Shown here piece after piece: positions 19,894 to 29,064 of a stretch of 64,000 nt of DNA; within the stretch, counting starts at the first letter, position 1, and each line of letters begins with the position of its first letter. The notes below the pieces were generated by a model that worked only from the letters and a program-made list of their open reading frames with translations, made no database searches and was not told the origin of the DNA. The stretch lies in NCBI GenBank assembly GCA_024683775.1, contig GCA_024683775.1_4106.1; one strand, given 5' to 3'. The stretch is from a phage. The translations under genes and the position numbers were made by a program.

Positions 19894-20337
19894 ATGGGTT
19901 GGATTAACGTTAATAGCATTGAGCTAAATGAGCAAGACATATTTGCCTTTGTTAATTTGGTAGAGAACATTGCTATTAAAGGTCGTCTGTTTAGTTCATC
20001 GGACGGTAAAAAATGGATCTCTCTTATGAACGACAATGGCGAGATTTATGACGTTATGCAACTACCTCATTGGGCTTATAAGAATACATCTGATGATGTG
20101 ATGGCTGCTGTTATGCGTGAGTTTGAGAAGCTGCCAGGTGGTGATATTAAGAACATCGTATTCAATGCAGAACGCATGAACTACACACCAGAGCAGCTTC
20201 AACAGTTGGCAATTGCTGCCTATCAAGCTGCCATTAAGAAACCTGAATGTGTGATATTAAAGTACACACCGAACTTGAAGTTAACACTAGAAGATATGGA
20301 TTCCTTTATCTTCAGTTCAGAACTTAAACAGTACTGA
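19894..20337 (+). CDS. hypothetical protein
   Basis: 147-aa ORF. Confidence 0.5.
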   Translation: MGWINVNSIELNEQDIFAFVNLVENIAIKGRLFSSSDGKKWISLMNDNGEIYDVMQLPHWAYKNTSDDVMAAVMREFEKLPGGDIKNIVFNAERMNYTPEQLQQLAIAAYQAAIKKPECVILKYTPNLKLTLEDMDSFIFSSELKQY

Positions 20338-20448
20338 TTTGACTTTGGAACAACCATTTCATATGTGATATAATCTTAAGTGTCTGTTGAAATAAACAGC
20401 ACATGAAGTATAAATATTAAAGTAATTTATCTCTTTAAGGAGTATGAA

Positions 20449-20832
20449 ATGGTTGATAAATGGAATAAGAAAGATCCATCGCATGATGTGGATATTTCTG
20501 GAATTGATAATGCACATAAGCATAAGTATCTTGATTCACTAGGTCTACTAAAGCCTGACCAAAGTCTTGCACATGATCGTCCTTCACGTGAAAAAGCTTT
20601 CAGTCTAGAATCACTAGGCCATGAATTGAATCGTGTATTTGAAGATCATCCAATTTATGTACGTGATATCATTGAGAAACTTAAAGTGACTCCTAAAGAG
20701 CACTTCAAGGCAACAGTACACGCAGCATTCCGTGCACTACATGAAGCACTAAAGAAAACTCATAACCTTCGCAAGATTCATGATGACATCGTGAACTCTA
20801 TTGAAGGCGAAAAACATAAGTTTAAAAAATAA
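20449..20832 (+). CDS. hypothetical protein
   Basis: 127-aa ORF; extended -10-like TGATATAAT upstream near 20365. Confidence 0.5.
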   Translation: MVDKWNKKDPSHDVDISGIDNAHKHKYLDSLGLLKPDQSLAHDRPSREKAFSLESLGHELNRVFEDHPIYVRDIIEKLKVTPKEHFKATVHAAFRALHEALKKTHNLRKIHDDIVNSIEGEKHKFKK

Positions 20833-20838
20833 TTAAAA

Positions 20839-20872
20839 GGGGTTGACTTCAGTCAGCCCTTTGTCGTATAAT
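20839..20872 (+). terminator. dual terminator-promoter element
   Basis: GGGTTGAC-TTCA-GTCAGCCC hairpin, then TATAAT 18 nt after the embedded TTGACT. Confidence 0.6.
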
Positions 20873-20919
20873 ATTTTCATCAAGTGATACAAAATACAAA
20901 CAACGTGAGGTATTAAATT

Positions 20920-21033
20920 ATGCAAGGTACTAAATTCATCATCGCTGCCCTAATCGCTGCTGTTGTAGTGGGTACAGTATGTTATTCAATTGACACCTAT
21001 ATCAATACACCTAGTGTTGAACAAACCAAATAA
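20920..21033 (+). CDS. 37-aa hydrophobic micro-peptide (below ORF-track cutoff)
   Basis: ATG with GAGG RBS; hand translation MQGTKFIIAALIAAVVVGTVCYSIDTYINTPSVEQTK. Confidence 0.35.
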   Translation: MQGTKFIIAALIAAVVVGTVCYSIDTYINTPSVEQTK

Positions 21034-21041
21034 GGGATATC

Positions 21042-21299
21042 ATGGCTGAAACATTATCACTATATGCGTTAGTACTGTTATTTGTCGGATTTCTTCCCGC
21101 ACTCATTACAGCCATTCGTGTTGTTAAACATGAAGCTGCATTGATTGTATGTAGTATTGGGTCGAACATTCTATTGTATTTCTTTTTGACAAATACTATT
21201 GTACTGTTTGCTTTCTTTATCATGATTCTGTGGGTACTTGTAATTCTCGGATTCTTCATTTGGTCATTGGTTGATCCTAAGAAAAAACAGGAGAAGTGA
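21042..21299 (+). CDS. hypothetical small membrane protein
   Basis: 85-aa ORF with hydrophobic segments. Confidence 0.45.
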   Translation: MAETLSLYALVLLFVGFLPALITAIRVVKHEAALIVCSIGSNILLYFFLTNTIVLFAFFIMILWVLVILGFFIWSLVDPKKKQEK

Positions 21300-21300
21300 A

Positions 21301-21597
21301 ATGAAATTAATTATTGTAATGATGATGTGTTTGGCTTTCCCAGTACTGGCTACTCCTAATCTGGACTGCACACTGTTGCGTTCAGATGGTGACACACTTG
21401 AAATCAACACATATGAACTCTTTGGTCCAAGTGTAGTGGAGAATGAAACCACCTACAATTTCAAAGCTATTGACTTTGAAGGTAATGTTCCAGTACTAAC
21501 TACAATGACTATTGACAAAACTACTTTACTCGGACGAATCACCACACAACGCGGAGAAAGTAAAACATTCACAGCGAAAGCTGACTGTAACTACTAA
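21301..21597 (+). CDS. hypothetical small secreted protein
   Basis: ATG at 21301 with GGAG RBS; signal-peptide-like N-terminus. Confidence 0.45.
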   Translation: MKLIIVMMMCLAFPVLATPNLDCTLLRSDGDTLEINTYELFGPSVVENETTYNFKAIDFEGNVPVLTTMTIDKTTLLGRITTQRGESKTFTAKADCNY

Positions 21598-21618
21598 TGG
21601 TATAGTACAGTGAAAATA

Positions 21619-21649
21619 GGGTTGACTTCGGTCAACCTTTATATATAAT
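21619..21649 (+). terminator. dual terminator-promoter element
   Basis: GGGTTGAC-TTCG-GTCAACC hairpin, then TATAAT 16 nt after the embedded TTGACT. Confidence 0.65.
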
Positions 21650-22190
21650 GGAAGAAATAAACATGGAACGTTGGAAATTAATTCCTGATTATGACTATTC
21701 AATTTCTGATCATGGAAGAGTAAGAAACGAACAAACTGGATATATAAGTTGTGGATTTAAAAATAAAGATGGGTATGTGAAGGTCGATTTGTATCGCAAT
21801 TCTGTGAAAAATAGAAAGGCGATTCATCGACTAGTAGCTGAAGCATTTTTACCACCACCCACACAGAAACAGTTACAGTGGGCAAGTAGAACAAAGAAAA
21901 AAGTTGTTCACATAAACCATAAAGATTGTAATAGAAGTAACAATCACTATTTGAATTTGGAATGGAACACAGCATCTGAAAACGTACTATATTCTTATTC
22001 ACATGGTAACGCAACAACTAATCGTGGTGCTGCTGTGTTGACATGGGAAATTGTAAGAGAAATAAGAAAAGATTATAATGATAATTATAATGATGTGATA
22101 GAATATGCACGAGAAAATTGTAATAAATACCGTGTATGTAAAAAAACAATACGTCGTATTTTATACAATCAAACATGGATAGAGGATTAA
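21648..22190 (+). CDS. HNH homing endonuclease-like protein
   Basis: N-terminal WKLIPDY...GRVRN motif and HINHKDCNRSNNHYLNLEW...EN HNH-type motif. Confidence 0.65.
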   Translation: MEEINMERWKLIPDYDYSISDHGRVRNEQTGYISCGFKNKDGYVKVDLYRNSVKNRKAIHRLVAEAFLPPPTQKQLQWASRTKKKVVHINHKDCNRSNNHYLNLEWNTASENVLYSYSHGNATTNRGAAVLTWEIVREIRKDYNDNYNDVIEYARENCNKYRVCKKTIRRILYNQTWIED

Positions 22191-22194
22191 AAAT

Positions 22195-23688
22195 ATGCCA
22201 CAAGATAATGGGGATATGAAACATCGTAATGGTGGACTAGTACAACACTCGGATAAATGGGCCGACCGAAATCGTCGCAAAAATAGTTATCAAGCAGGAC
22301 AAGGTTCACGTGGTTCACGTAATCAAGGGACAGGTTTAGCTGGTAAGGCAAACGCAGAAGCAGGTGAAGTTAAGAGTACTGAGAACATGACTGAGCTAGA
22401 AAAGCTACGTTATGTTAACTCATTAGGTCTTCTTAACGCAACACAGAAACAACGCCTTGCTGATATGGAACGTGCTGAGAAAGAACAAGCAGTTCCTAAA
22501 GAAGAACCAAAACCAGAAGCTCCTAAAGCAGCTAACCCTGTTAAAGAGTTATCTGATAACTTAGGTAAGATCTTTGCTAACAAACCACAGTTGATTCAGG
22601 GTATTGTCAAAGCACTACAGGCAGTTCCTAAAGAAGAACTCAAAGGTAAAGCACAAGCTGTACTTGATGCAATGAAAGGTAATAAGAGCACTGAACCCAC
22701 TGAAGTATTCAGTACTATCATGCGTGCACTTGAAGGTACACACAAAGAAGATTCGAAAGAACCTGAACAGGGTGAAGCAAGTCTTGATGGTATTCTTAAA
22801 ACTTTTGATAGTATTGGTAAAGCAGACCGTGCTAATGCCCAGCAAGTCAAGAATGTACTGGCTAAACTTGAAAACCGTTTAGAAGGTAAAGACGATAAGG
22901 TTAAGCTCGTATCAGATGCAGTTAACAGTGCACTTAAATCTTATGTACAAGGTGAGAAAAGTCGCTTCGTAACAGCTATGGATGCTGCATTCAACACTAT
23001 GAAAAAGTATGAAGCAGAACATGGTGAGAAAGTGACACCTGATGGATATCTACTACGTAAAGATGAAGAAGGTGCAGTTGAACAGAAAGATGTTGAGCCT
23101 GAGCAAGAAGATCTACCTGATACCGTTGATATGGATGGATACATTCATCGTCCTGAGATGGAAGAGTTTGGGTCAGATAAAGAAGGTTTTGAACATGCAA
23201 TGGCAGTATATAAAGCATTAGTTAAAAATCCAGATTATGCTAACCGTTTTGTTGACGAGTTTGATAGTGCATGGAATAACTACAAAGACAAAGGTTATGA
23301 CTTCCCTGCTGAAGCTGCATTCTTTGAACTTGGTAAACTATTAGCTAAACATGGAATTGACGTTGGTTCATCTGATTCTGACGGTATGGAAGAAGAACAT
23401 CTTGAAATGACTGATAAATCAATTCATGAACTTCAAAAGTTAATGATGTGGATATCCGAGATTGGTAAAAAAGCAGGTGCTGATAGTAAAAGTATCAACA
23501 AAAATATTAGTTGGATTAAAGATAATGTTGGTAACAATGCTCGTAAACTTCAAAAGGCTTGGGCTGATTTAGTAAATGGTGCAGATGATGTTGACATTGA
23601 ATCACCAGAAGCATATGAGTATGCACTAACTACACTTGATAACTCATTCAAAGAGTACGACCGTGGTGTTGGAAAGGATAAAAAATAA
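22195..23688 (+). CDS. hypothetical highly charged protein (497 aa)
   Basis: long ORF with basic Arg/Gly/Ser-rich N-terminus and Lys/Glu/Asp-rich body. Confidence 0.6.
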   Translation: MPQDNGDMKHRNGGLVQHSDKWADRNRRKNSYQAGQGSRGSRNQGTGLAGKANAEAGEVKSTENMTELEKLRYVNSLGLLNATQKQRLADMERAEKEQAVPKEEPKPEAPKAANPVKELSDNLGKIFANKPQLIQGIVKALQAVPKEELKGKAQAVLDAMKGNKSTEPTEVFSTIMRALEGTHKEDSKEPEQGEASLDGILKTFDSIGKADRANAQQVKNVLAKLENRLEGKDDKVKLVSDAVNSALKSYVQGEKSRFVTAMDAAFNTMKKYEAEHGEKVTPDGYLLRKDEEGAVEQKDVEPEQEDLPDTVDMDGYIHRPEMEEFGSDKEGFEHAMAVYKALVKNPDYANRFVDEFDSAWNNYKDKGYDFPAEAAFFELGKLLAKHGIDVGSSDSDGMEEEHLEMTDKSIHELQKLMMWISEIGKKAGADSKSINKNISWIKDNVGNNARKLQKAWADLVNGADDVDIESPEAYEYALTTLDNSFKEYDRGVGKDKK

Positions 23689-23698
23689 ACATTTAAAA

Positions 23699-23723
23699 GG
23701 TTGACTTCGGTCAACCTTTTTTT
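23699..23723 (+). terminator. intrinsic terminator (GGTTGAC-TTCG-GTCAACC plus T7)
   Basis: hairpin and T-run immediately after the 497-aa gene. Confidence 0.7.
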
Positions 23724-23759
23724 GTAAATATTGTAGAGGGTTTTATAAGAGGTAATGCA

Positions 23760-24011
23760 ATGTTTAAATATGTTTTATTTTCACTTGTATTGTTTACTGA
23801 TATAGTTTATAGTACTGAATACCAGTGCTCTATTGCTAGACAGGAGTTTAGAAACGGTGAGTTCTATACCAAGTCTTACACTAGAGGATTGGTACATGAC
23901 AATAATAAAACTATAGGGTTCAATGCATTTGATAACAAAGATCGATATACGTCTGGAATACTATCTGAACGTAAGTCGGATGTAATAGGTATCGAGCATG
24001 AATTCCGGTGA
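23760..24011 (+). CDS. hypothetical small secreted protein
   Basis: signal-peptide-like N-terminus. Confidence 0.45.
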   Translation: MFKYVLFSLVLFTDIVYSTEYQCSIARQEFRNGEFYTKSYTRGLVHDNNKTIGFNAFDNKDRYTSGILSERKSDVIGIEHEFR

Positions 24012-24372
24012 CACAGTTGCAATGTGTAATGATATTGAGAGTACTAAGAAAGTATATACTAATGGTGAAAATACCTTTAGATTCCACAATCTTACTACCA
24101 ATGAAAGTTTATACTTCTACAACTGTAAAGAGTTCATTAAACCTGTGGATAACTCATGTGATATGCCGGAGCCAAAAGCTGCTGTATGTGAGGAACCACA
24201 ATCCAAAGCTGACAAAGATTCAAAAGATAAGAAAGACAAAGCTGACAAATTGGATAAAAAAGAAAACAAAAAGAAAGCTAAAGATGATAAAGATAAAAAG
24301 TCCCCTAAGCCAAATCCATTTGAAAAGCCAAAGAATGAAAAGCCAAAACCAGACATGACATGTAAAATATAA
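23998..24372 (+). CDS. hypothetical protein with Lys/Asp-rich low-complexity C-terminus
   Basis: 124-aa ORF with KDKKDKADKLDKKENKKKAKDDKDKK tail. Confidence 0.45.
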   Translation: MNSGDTVAMCNDIESTKKVYTNGENTFRFHNLTTNESLYFYNCKEFIKPVDNSCDMPEPKAAVCEEPQSKADKDSKDKKDKADKLDKKENKKKAKDDKDKKSPKPNPFEKPKNEKPKPDMTCKI

Positions 24373-24379
24373 AAGAAAA

Positions 24380-24412
24380 GGGTTGACTTCGGTCGGCCCT
24401 TTTTGCTATAAT
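24380..24412 (+). terminator. dual terminator-promoter element
   Basis: GGGTTGAC-TTCG-GTCGGCCC hairpin, T-run, then TATAAT. Confidence 0.65.
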
Positions 24413-24438
24413 CATTTCATCAACTACTGGAGGCAAAC

Positions 24439-24852
24439 ATGTTAAAAGTTATTTTCCGTTCTATCAGTTCATTACTTCTTATGATTAGTTCAGTTTCTTA
24501 TGCAAATGAAGTATCTGACTTGTTTGAGAAGAATTACCCAACTGCACAAGAGATGGGTGTTTTAAAATGCAAGCTAACTTCGTACAACATCATCGGCAGT
24601 AAACTTGTACTGGAACATGAACGTAGTACACCAATCCCTCTAGTAGAAGAAGGCAGTACCTTTAGCTTCAAGTACGGGGTGAACGTAACATCTGGTGTAA
24701 TGAACAATGTTGATGCAGAGACTGGTTCAACATGGAGTACTAGCGGTAAAGATGTGTTTCATCGTATGCGTGAAAATGGTAAACTGAAGTACGTATATGA
24801 AAGTTCATTCATGAAACGTGTATTCATTATAAAAAATTGTGTACCAGCATAA
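24439..24852 (+). CDS. hypothetical secreted protein
   Basis: signal-peptide-like N-terminus. Confidence 0.5.
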   Translation: MLKVIFRSISSLLLMISSVSYANEVSDLFEKNYPTAQEMGVLKCKLTSYNIIGSKLVLEHERSTPIPLVEEGSTFSFKYGVNVTSGVMNNVDAETGSTWSTSGKDVFHRMRENGKLKYVYESSFMKRVFIIKNCVPA

Positions 24853-24863
24853 GGAACAACATC

Positions 24864-25139
24864 ATGCGTTCATTTGAAAACTTAATCGGTAAACTTCGCT
24901 TACAAGAAATTGAAGATGATGTGAAGGAATTATCTGAAACTAAGAGTTACATTCATTTAGATGAACTGTTTATTAAGTACGGTGAGATTGGTTTTAAGTC
25001 ATTATTTGTTTTTGTCATGAAGGTGCATAGTTTAAAGTACTTTGATTTGAGTTCAAAAGACGGACAACCAAATCTGTATTACATGTATTATCTTAAGAAC
25101 ATAGACGAAGCTAATACATTATTCTTAGAATATATGTAG
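24864..25139 (+). CDS. hypothetical small protein
   Basis: ATG at 24864 with AGGA RBS. Confidence 0.45.
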   Translation: MRSFENLIGKLRLQEIEDDVKELSETKSYIHLDELFIKYGEIGFKSLFVFVMKVHSLKYFDLSSKDGQPNLYYMYYLKNIDEANTLFLEYM

Positions 25140-25148
25140 GGGGTAAAA

Positions 25149-25487
25149 ATGGAACATCATTTTGAATTAATTAATAAGGTATCATTTTATGTAGTATCGT
25201 TAATTTGGGTGTATTACATGTTTTGTTACATTATTGCATTCTTCCGATACACAACCTTGTATCAACGCATATACTACGATGCACCCATTTCATTTATGAT
25301 GTTCTGTGCATGTACGTGGGGGATAATTGAAGCACTGGTATGTGGATATAGTACTGACGAATTAAATCTCGTATCGGGGTTGACATTACTAACAATTGCC
25401 ATTATGATAGCTACTGTTCCGATATTTTTGCTCTTTAAACTGCTTCATCGTATTGATGAGTGGCGTAATAAAATCCCTGAAAAGTAA
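25149..25487 (+). CDS. small membrane protein, paralog family B member 1
   Basis: 3-4 hydrophobic segments; C-terminal EWRNKIPEK tail shared with paralogs. Confidence 0.55.
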   Translation: MEHHFELINKVSFYVVSLIWVYYMFCYIIAFFRYTTLYQRIYYDAPISFMMFCACTWGIIEALVCGYSTDELNLVSGLTLLTIAIMIATVPIFLLFKLLHRIDEWRNKIPEK

Positions 25488-25496
25488 GGATTGATA

Positions 25497-25838
25497 ATGA
25501 TTTTTTACACTAATGCGTTTGCTTATGCCGTTGCATCAATCTACATTGTGTACTTCTTATTTGGTGGAGTACTGTACTTCTTTAAGTACAAAACATTGTT
25601 TAACCGAATGTATCCAAATCATCCAATTGTAGTAGTACTTTTGATTATTTCTGTTGCTCACATCATTGTAGAAACAATAATGGGTATCAGTGCAGTACAT
25701 TACAGTCTAGGTACTATTGTAATTATTACTATGATCATCGCATACATTTTAGTAATGGGTTTTGGTTTATTTGGAAATGTAGCAATGAAATTGTATAATC
25801 GAATCAAAACATTACGTGATAATCTACCGGAGCGTTGA
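25497..25838 (+). CDS. small membrane protein, family B member 2
   Basis: C-terminal LRDNLPER tail; ATG at 25497. Confidence 0.55.
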   Translation: MIFYTNAFAYAVASIYIVYFLFGGVLYFFKYKTLFNRMYPNHPIVVVLLIISVAHIIVETIMGISAVHYSLGTIVIITMIIAYILVMGFGLFGNVAMKLYNRIKTLRDNLPER

Positions 25839-25839
25839 G

Positions 25840-26184
25840 ATGTATAATTTAAATTTAATATCATATATCATAACAACACTGTTTACTTTCTATGCCTTTG
25901 TTGGTATACTCCTACTGTACTTTAAATTTTATAAACTTTTTGATCGTTTTTATCCGTCATTAGAACATGAATTCTTATTAGTGATGTACATATGTCTAAC
26001 GTTTATGTCTACATTTTTCACTGCATCTGATGGTATCATTGGTATTAAAGCTGAAGAACCAAATGGGAGTACGCTTGTTGCCTTTATTCTGGTAGGATTT
26101 TTCAGTACTTATATTACCTTTATTTCAGGATGTACCGTGATTGATTATCTTGTGAAATTACGAGATAAAATGCCAAATCGATAG
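25840..26184 (+). CDS. small membrane protein, family B member 3
   Basis: C-terminal LRDKMPNR tail; ATG at 25840 with GGAG RBS. Confidence 0.55.
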   Translation: MYNLNLISYIITTLFTFYAFVGILLLYFKFYKLFDRFYPSLEHEFLLVMYICLTFMSTFFTASDGIIGIKAEEPNGSTLVAFILVGFFSTYITFISGCTVIDYLVKLRDKMPNR

Positions 26185-26193
26185 GGGATTGCT

Positions 26194-26451
26194 ATGTTTG
26201 CATTGCGTAATAAAAATACAAAAGAGATTCTGTGTATCTCAACAGTATGGGATTGTGCAGGAAGTGAAATGATTCTCGAAGAAGGTTCAGGTGATTGTGT
26301 TTATGTTGTTCAGGATCGTCGCGAACTGGAATCATTACTTGACGAATTTAATGCTGGTGGAAATCCTAAAAGTACTCAATTCCCTGAGATCAGGAATCCA
26401 GCACCACCAGGCTCTTATGAAATTCTACAACTGTGGGAGATGGATAAGTAA
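26194..26451 (+). CDS. hypothetical small protein
   Basis: 85-aa ORF. Confidence 0.45.
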   Translation: MFALRNKNTKEILCISTVWDCAGSEMILEEGSGDCVYVVQDRRELESLLDEFNAGGNPKSTQFPEIRNPAPPGSYEILQLWEMDK

Positions 26452-26831
26452 TGCGTCAAATGCACAAAGTAACCGAGCTAAACAAGCGTCTGATTAAACA
26501 ATCAATGTTTGAGGATAAAGAGTCTTACTATAACTTCAAACGTGCTGTAGAGGCTGCTATCCACATTCAGAAGCTTAAAGATAGTGGATGTATTATTCTC
26601 GAAAATGGTTCTGACGTTGTTACTGATGACTTCAGTGTAGCGTTTGATGTTTCACCTGATGGTTCGCTATCAATGCCACGCTTAGGGACTGGTGACATGA
26701 CTGTGTGGGTAGGTTTCACTATGGGGAATGTACCAGGCACGGTGTATGTAGATGATGCTGAGTTGAAAGAAAGCTTCAAAAACTTATCGCATCTTGAACC
26801 ACAATACGCACATGAAATGAATTTATTTTGA
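26451..26831 (+). CDS. hypothetical protein
   Basis: 126-aa ORF. Confidence 0.5.
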   Translation: MRQMHKVTELNKRLIKQSMFEDKESYYNFKRAVEAAIHIQKLKDSGCIILENGSDVVTDDFSVAFDVSPDGSLSMPRLGTGDMTVWVGFTMGNVPGTVYVDDAELKESFKNLSHLEPQYAHEMNLF

Positions 26832-26832
26832 G

Positions 26833-26860
26833 TTGACAAACTCATTCAGTACTGTATAAT
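26833..26860 (+). promoter_or_regulatory. sigma70-like promoter TTGACA-N16-TATAAT with CAGTACTG spacer
   Basis: hexamers read directly; followed by leader hairpin GGGGATGA-ACTTC-TCATCCCC at 26870..26890. Confidence 0.6.
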
Positions 26861-26907
26861 GTTTATCAAGGGGATGAACTTCTCATCCCCACAATCGAGG
26901 AATTGTC

Positions 26908-27462
26908 ATGATTACTTTTAAGAAAACTGCTAACCACATCCATGAGATCTACATTAACGGTCACAAAGCTGGCCTTCTTCGTTTACTCGCCCATCATCCG
27001 AATATTACCGTATCTGATAATGAACCTAAAGATTGGCGTGTATTTTTCTTTGGAAAGTACAGTGATTTTCAAGTATCAAACCTGAAGAACATTCGTTCAG
27101 TATGCACGTTAACTGAAATTAAAGAAAAGTTAACCAAAGCATTGAAAACTAATCCAGATAGTGTTCTTCCACCTGATAACTTTGTAGAGAAAGGATATGC
27201 CTTAGCTCATTTCAAAGATGGTACTATTCAATCTATCAGTACTGAATATGAATATCAATGGACTGAGTACTTCACTTATGGATCGCGTAATACATTGATG
27301 GCTTCACGTAGTAAATTGGAAGAAGTACTGACTCGTATGAATGAACGCGAGCGTCAATTTTATGACAAACCAGAAATGTGGAGTTCAACTTACATTGACC
27401 GTATTGACTATGTTATTATGACTCCAATCTTTGACACTGCTTACTATGATTCTTTGAAATAA
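26908..27462 (+). CDS. hypothetical protein
   Basis: 184-aa ORF downstream of promoter and leader hairpin. Confidence 0.55.
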   Translation: MITFKKTANHIHEIYINGHKAGLLRLLAHHPNITVSDNEPKDWRVFFFGKYSDFQVSNLKNIRSVCTLTEIKEKLTKALKTNPDSVLPPDNFVEKGYALAHFKDGTIQSISTEYEYQWTEYFTYGSRNTLMASRSKLEEVLTRMNERERQFYDKPEMWSSTYIDRIDYVIMTPIFDTAYYDSLK

Positions 27463-27473
27463 GGATAACTTAT

Positions 27474-27650
27474 ATGAAACTACGTACTCGTAATCGACTG
27501 ATGGATGCACTGTACCATGAACAGCTTTCACTGAATGAAGTGAAGCGTCAGTTAATGTACACATATCTGTTACCCGCTCGCATTGCAAAACAACGTGCTA
27601 AAGAATTGCTGAAAGAAGCAATCGAGTACTGGGAATCTGATTCGTACTAA
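27474..27650 (+). CDS. 58-aa hypothetical protein (below ORF-track cutoff)
   Basis: ATG at 27474 filling an otherwise empty gap; hand translation MKLRTRNRLMDALYHEQL... Confidence 0.35.
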   Translation: MKLRTRNRLMDALYHEQLSLNEVKRQLMYTYLLPARIAKQRAKELLKEAIEYWESDSY

Positions 27651-27678
27651 TTGTCACGTTAATTAAGTGAGGCGATAA

Positions 27679-27930
27679 ATGAAAATTTTATTAGTTCTAA
27701 TACTACTAATTGTTTTACCATTTACGTTAGTATCCCCTGAACTTGCATGGAATGTGTTTGTGTACTTACTATGTACTATTGTAGTAAATGGTATCTTGTT
27801 CTTAGTTCTATTCATAAATGGAATAGGACACGGTGGAGGATGGACCAGTACTGCTGATATTGTACATAAAACCACTATGTCTTTATTTGTAGTGTGGAAT
27901 TTATTCTGGACTTGGTTTGTGTTCTTCTAA
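27679..27930 (+). CDS. hypothetical small membrane protein
   Basis: 83-aa ORF with hydrophobic segments. Confidence 0.45.
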   Translation: MKILLVLILLIVLPFTLVSPELAWNVFVYLLCTIVVNGILFLVLFINGIGHGGGWTSTADIVHKTTMSLFVVWNLFWTWFVFF

Positions 27931-27939
27931 TTAAAAAAT

Positions 27940-28311
27940 ATGAATATAGATTTGAAAGGTGCAACCCGAACTGTCATACTCATTGGGGAATATGCTATCA
28001 AGATTCCAACCTTTAAAAGTTGGAAGCTATTCTTAACAGGGATGATAGCTAACCTCAATGAACGTTCTTGGATGCAGTACTCCAAGCGTAGTGATAGTGG
28101 TATCTGCCCTACGTTGTGGTCATCATGTACTGGACTAGTAACTGTACAGAAACGTTGTAAGCCAGTACAACATAGGGGTTTATTTTGGGTGGAGTTGTGT
28201 GCTTTAGCATTGGATTCAGAGTTGAGTACTGACTTCTTCTATTCAGATGCGAAGCCAGAAAACTTTGGGTATCTGGGTGGTAAGTTAGTTAAACTTGATT
28301 ATGGAGATTAA
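27940..28311 (+). CDS. hypothetical protein
   Basis: 123-aa ORF. Confidence 0.5.
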   Translation: MNIDLKGATRTVILIGEYAIKIPTFKSWKLFLTGMIANLNERSWMQYSKRSDSGICPTLWSSCTGLVTVQKRCKPVQHRGLFWVELCALALDSELSTDFFYSDAKPENFGYLGGKLVKLDYGD

Positions 28312-28312
28312 T

Positions 28313-28600
28313 ATGTACGCACTGTATAATAAAGAAAAGAAACAATTTGCTAAGGTTGAAAAATCGATTGATACATTTGGCATGTTTAAGTACTGTATTG
28401 TGACGGACCCATATGCTAACTTGTATTACGTTCTTGATGACGTATCAGTACTGCAACGATTGCTTGAACGTTCCAAAAGCCAATGCCAAGGTATCCATGA
28501 TGGTTCAACTTATGAAACACCTGAGTGTTCCTATGGCTATCTGGATGGGTATGAGATTGTGAAGTTGGGTGCATTGTTGAATAAATGGATTAAACAATGA
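28313..28600 (+). CDS. hypothetical protein
   Basis: ATG at 28313 with GGAG RBS. Confidence 0.45.
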   Translation: MYALYNKEKKQFAKVEKSIDTFGMFKYCIVTDPYANLYYVLDDVSVLQRLLERSKSQCQGIHDGSTYETPECSYGYLDGYEIVKLGALLNKWIKQ

Positions 28601-29010
28601 AGAAGTGTATCACGTGTAATATTGAAAAAGACATTAGTGAATTTGGTATAAGAAGTGATACTGGGAAACATAGAAATACATGCAAAGGTTGTAGTAATAT
28701 TACCAGTAAGAGAACCAGAAATAAAAAAACTGATGTAAAAACACTTGAAGAAATCAAAAGAAAAAATAAAGATTTCATGACCAGAGTTAAATCATTTTAT
28801 GGTTGTAGTGTTTGTATGATGAAGTATCCAGAATGTTTAGACTTTCACCATCTTGACCCTAATACCAAAGAACATACACCAAGTTCTATGTTCAGTAAAA
28901 GTCGAGAATCTATCAAAGATGAAATTCGAAAGTGTATGATTCTTTGTTCTAATCACCATCGCATGGTACATTCTGGTAGACTATGTTTGATTGAAAGAAA
29001 AAAGGGTTGA
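28597..29010 (+). CDS. HNH endonuclease
   Basis: CxxC zinc-knuckle pairs plus DFHHLDP ... CSNHHRMVH motif; stop codon lies inside the downstream terminator stem. Confidence 0.65.
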   Translation: MKKCITCNIEKDISEFGIRSDTGKHRNTCKGCSNITSKRTRNKKTDVKTLEEIKRKNKDFMTRVKSFYGCSVCMMKYPECLDFHHLDPNTKEHTPSSMFSKSRESIKDEIRKCMILCSNHHRMVHSGRLCLIERKKG

Positions 29011-29036
29011 CTTCGGTCAGCCCTTTTTGCTATAAT
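29004..29036 (+). terminator. dual terminator-promoter element
   Basis: GGGTTGAC-TTCG-GTCAGCCC hairpin, T5, then TATAAT 18 nt after the embedded TTGACT. Confidence 0.7.
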
Positions 29037-29064
29037 CATTTCATCGAAACGAGAGGATGAATAC

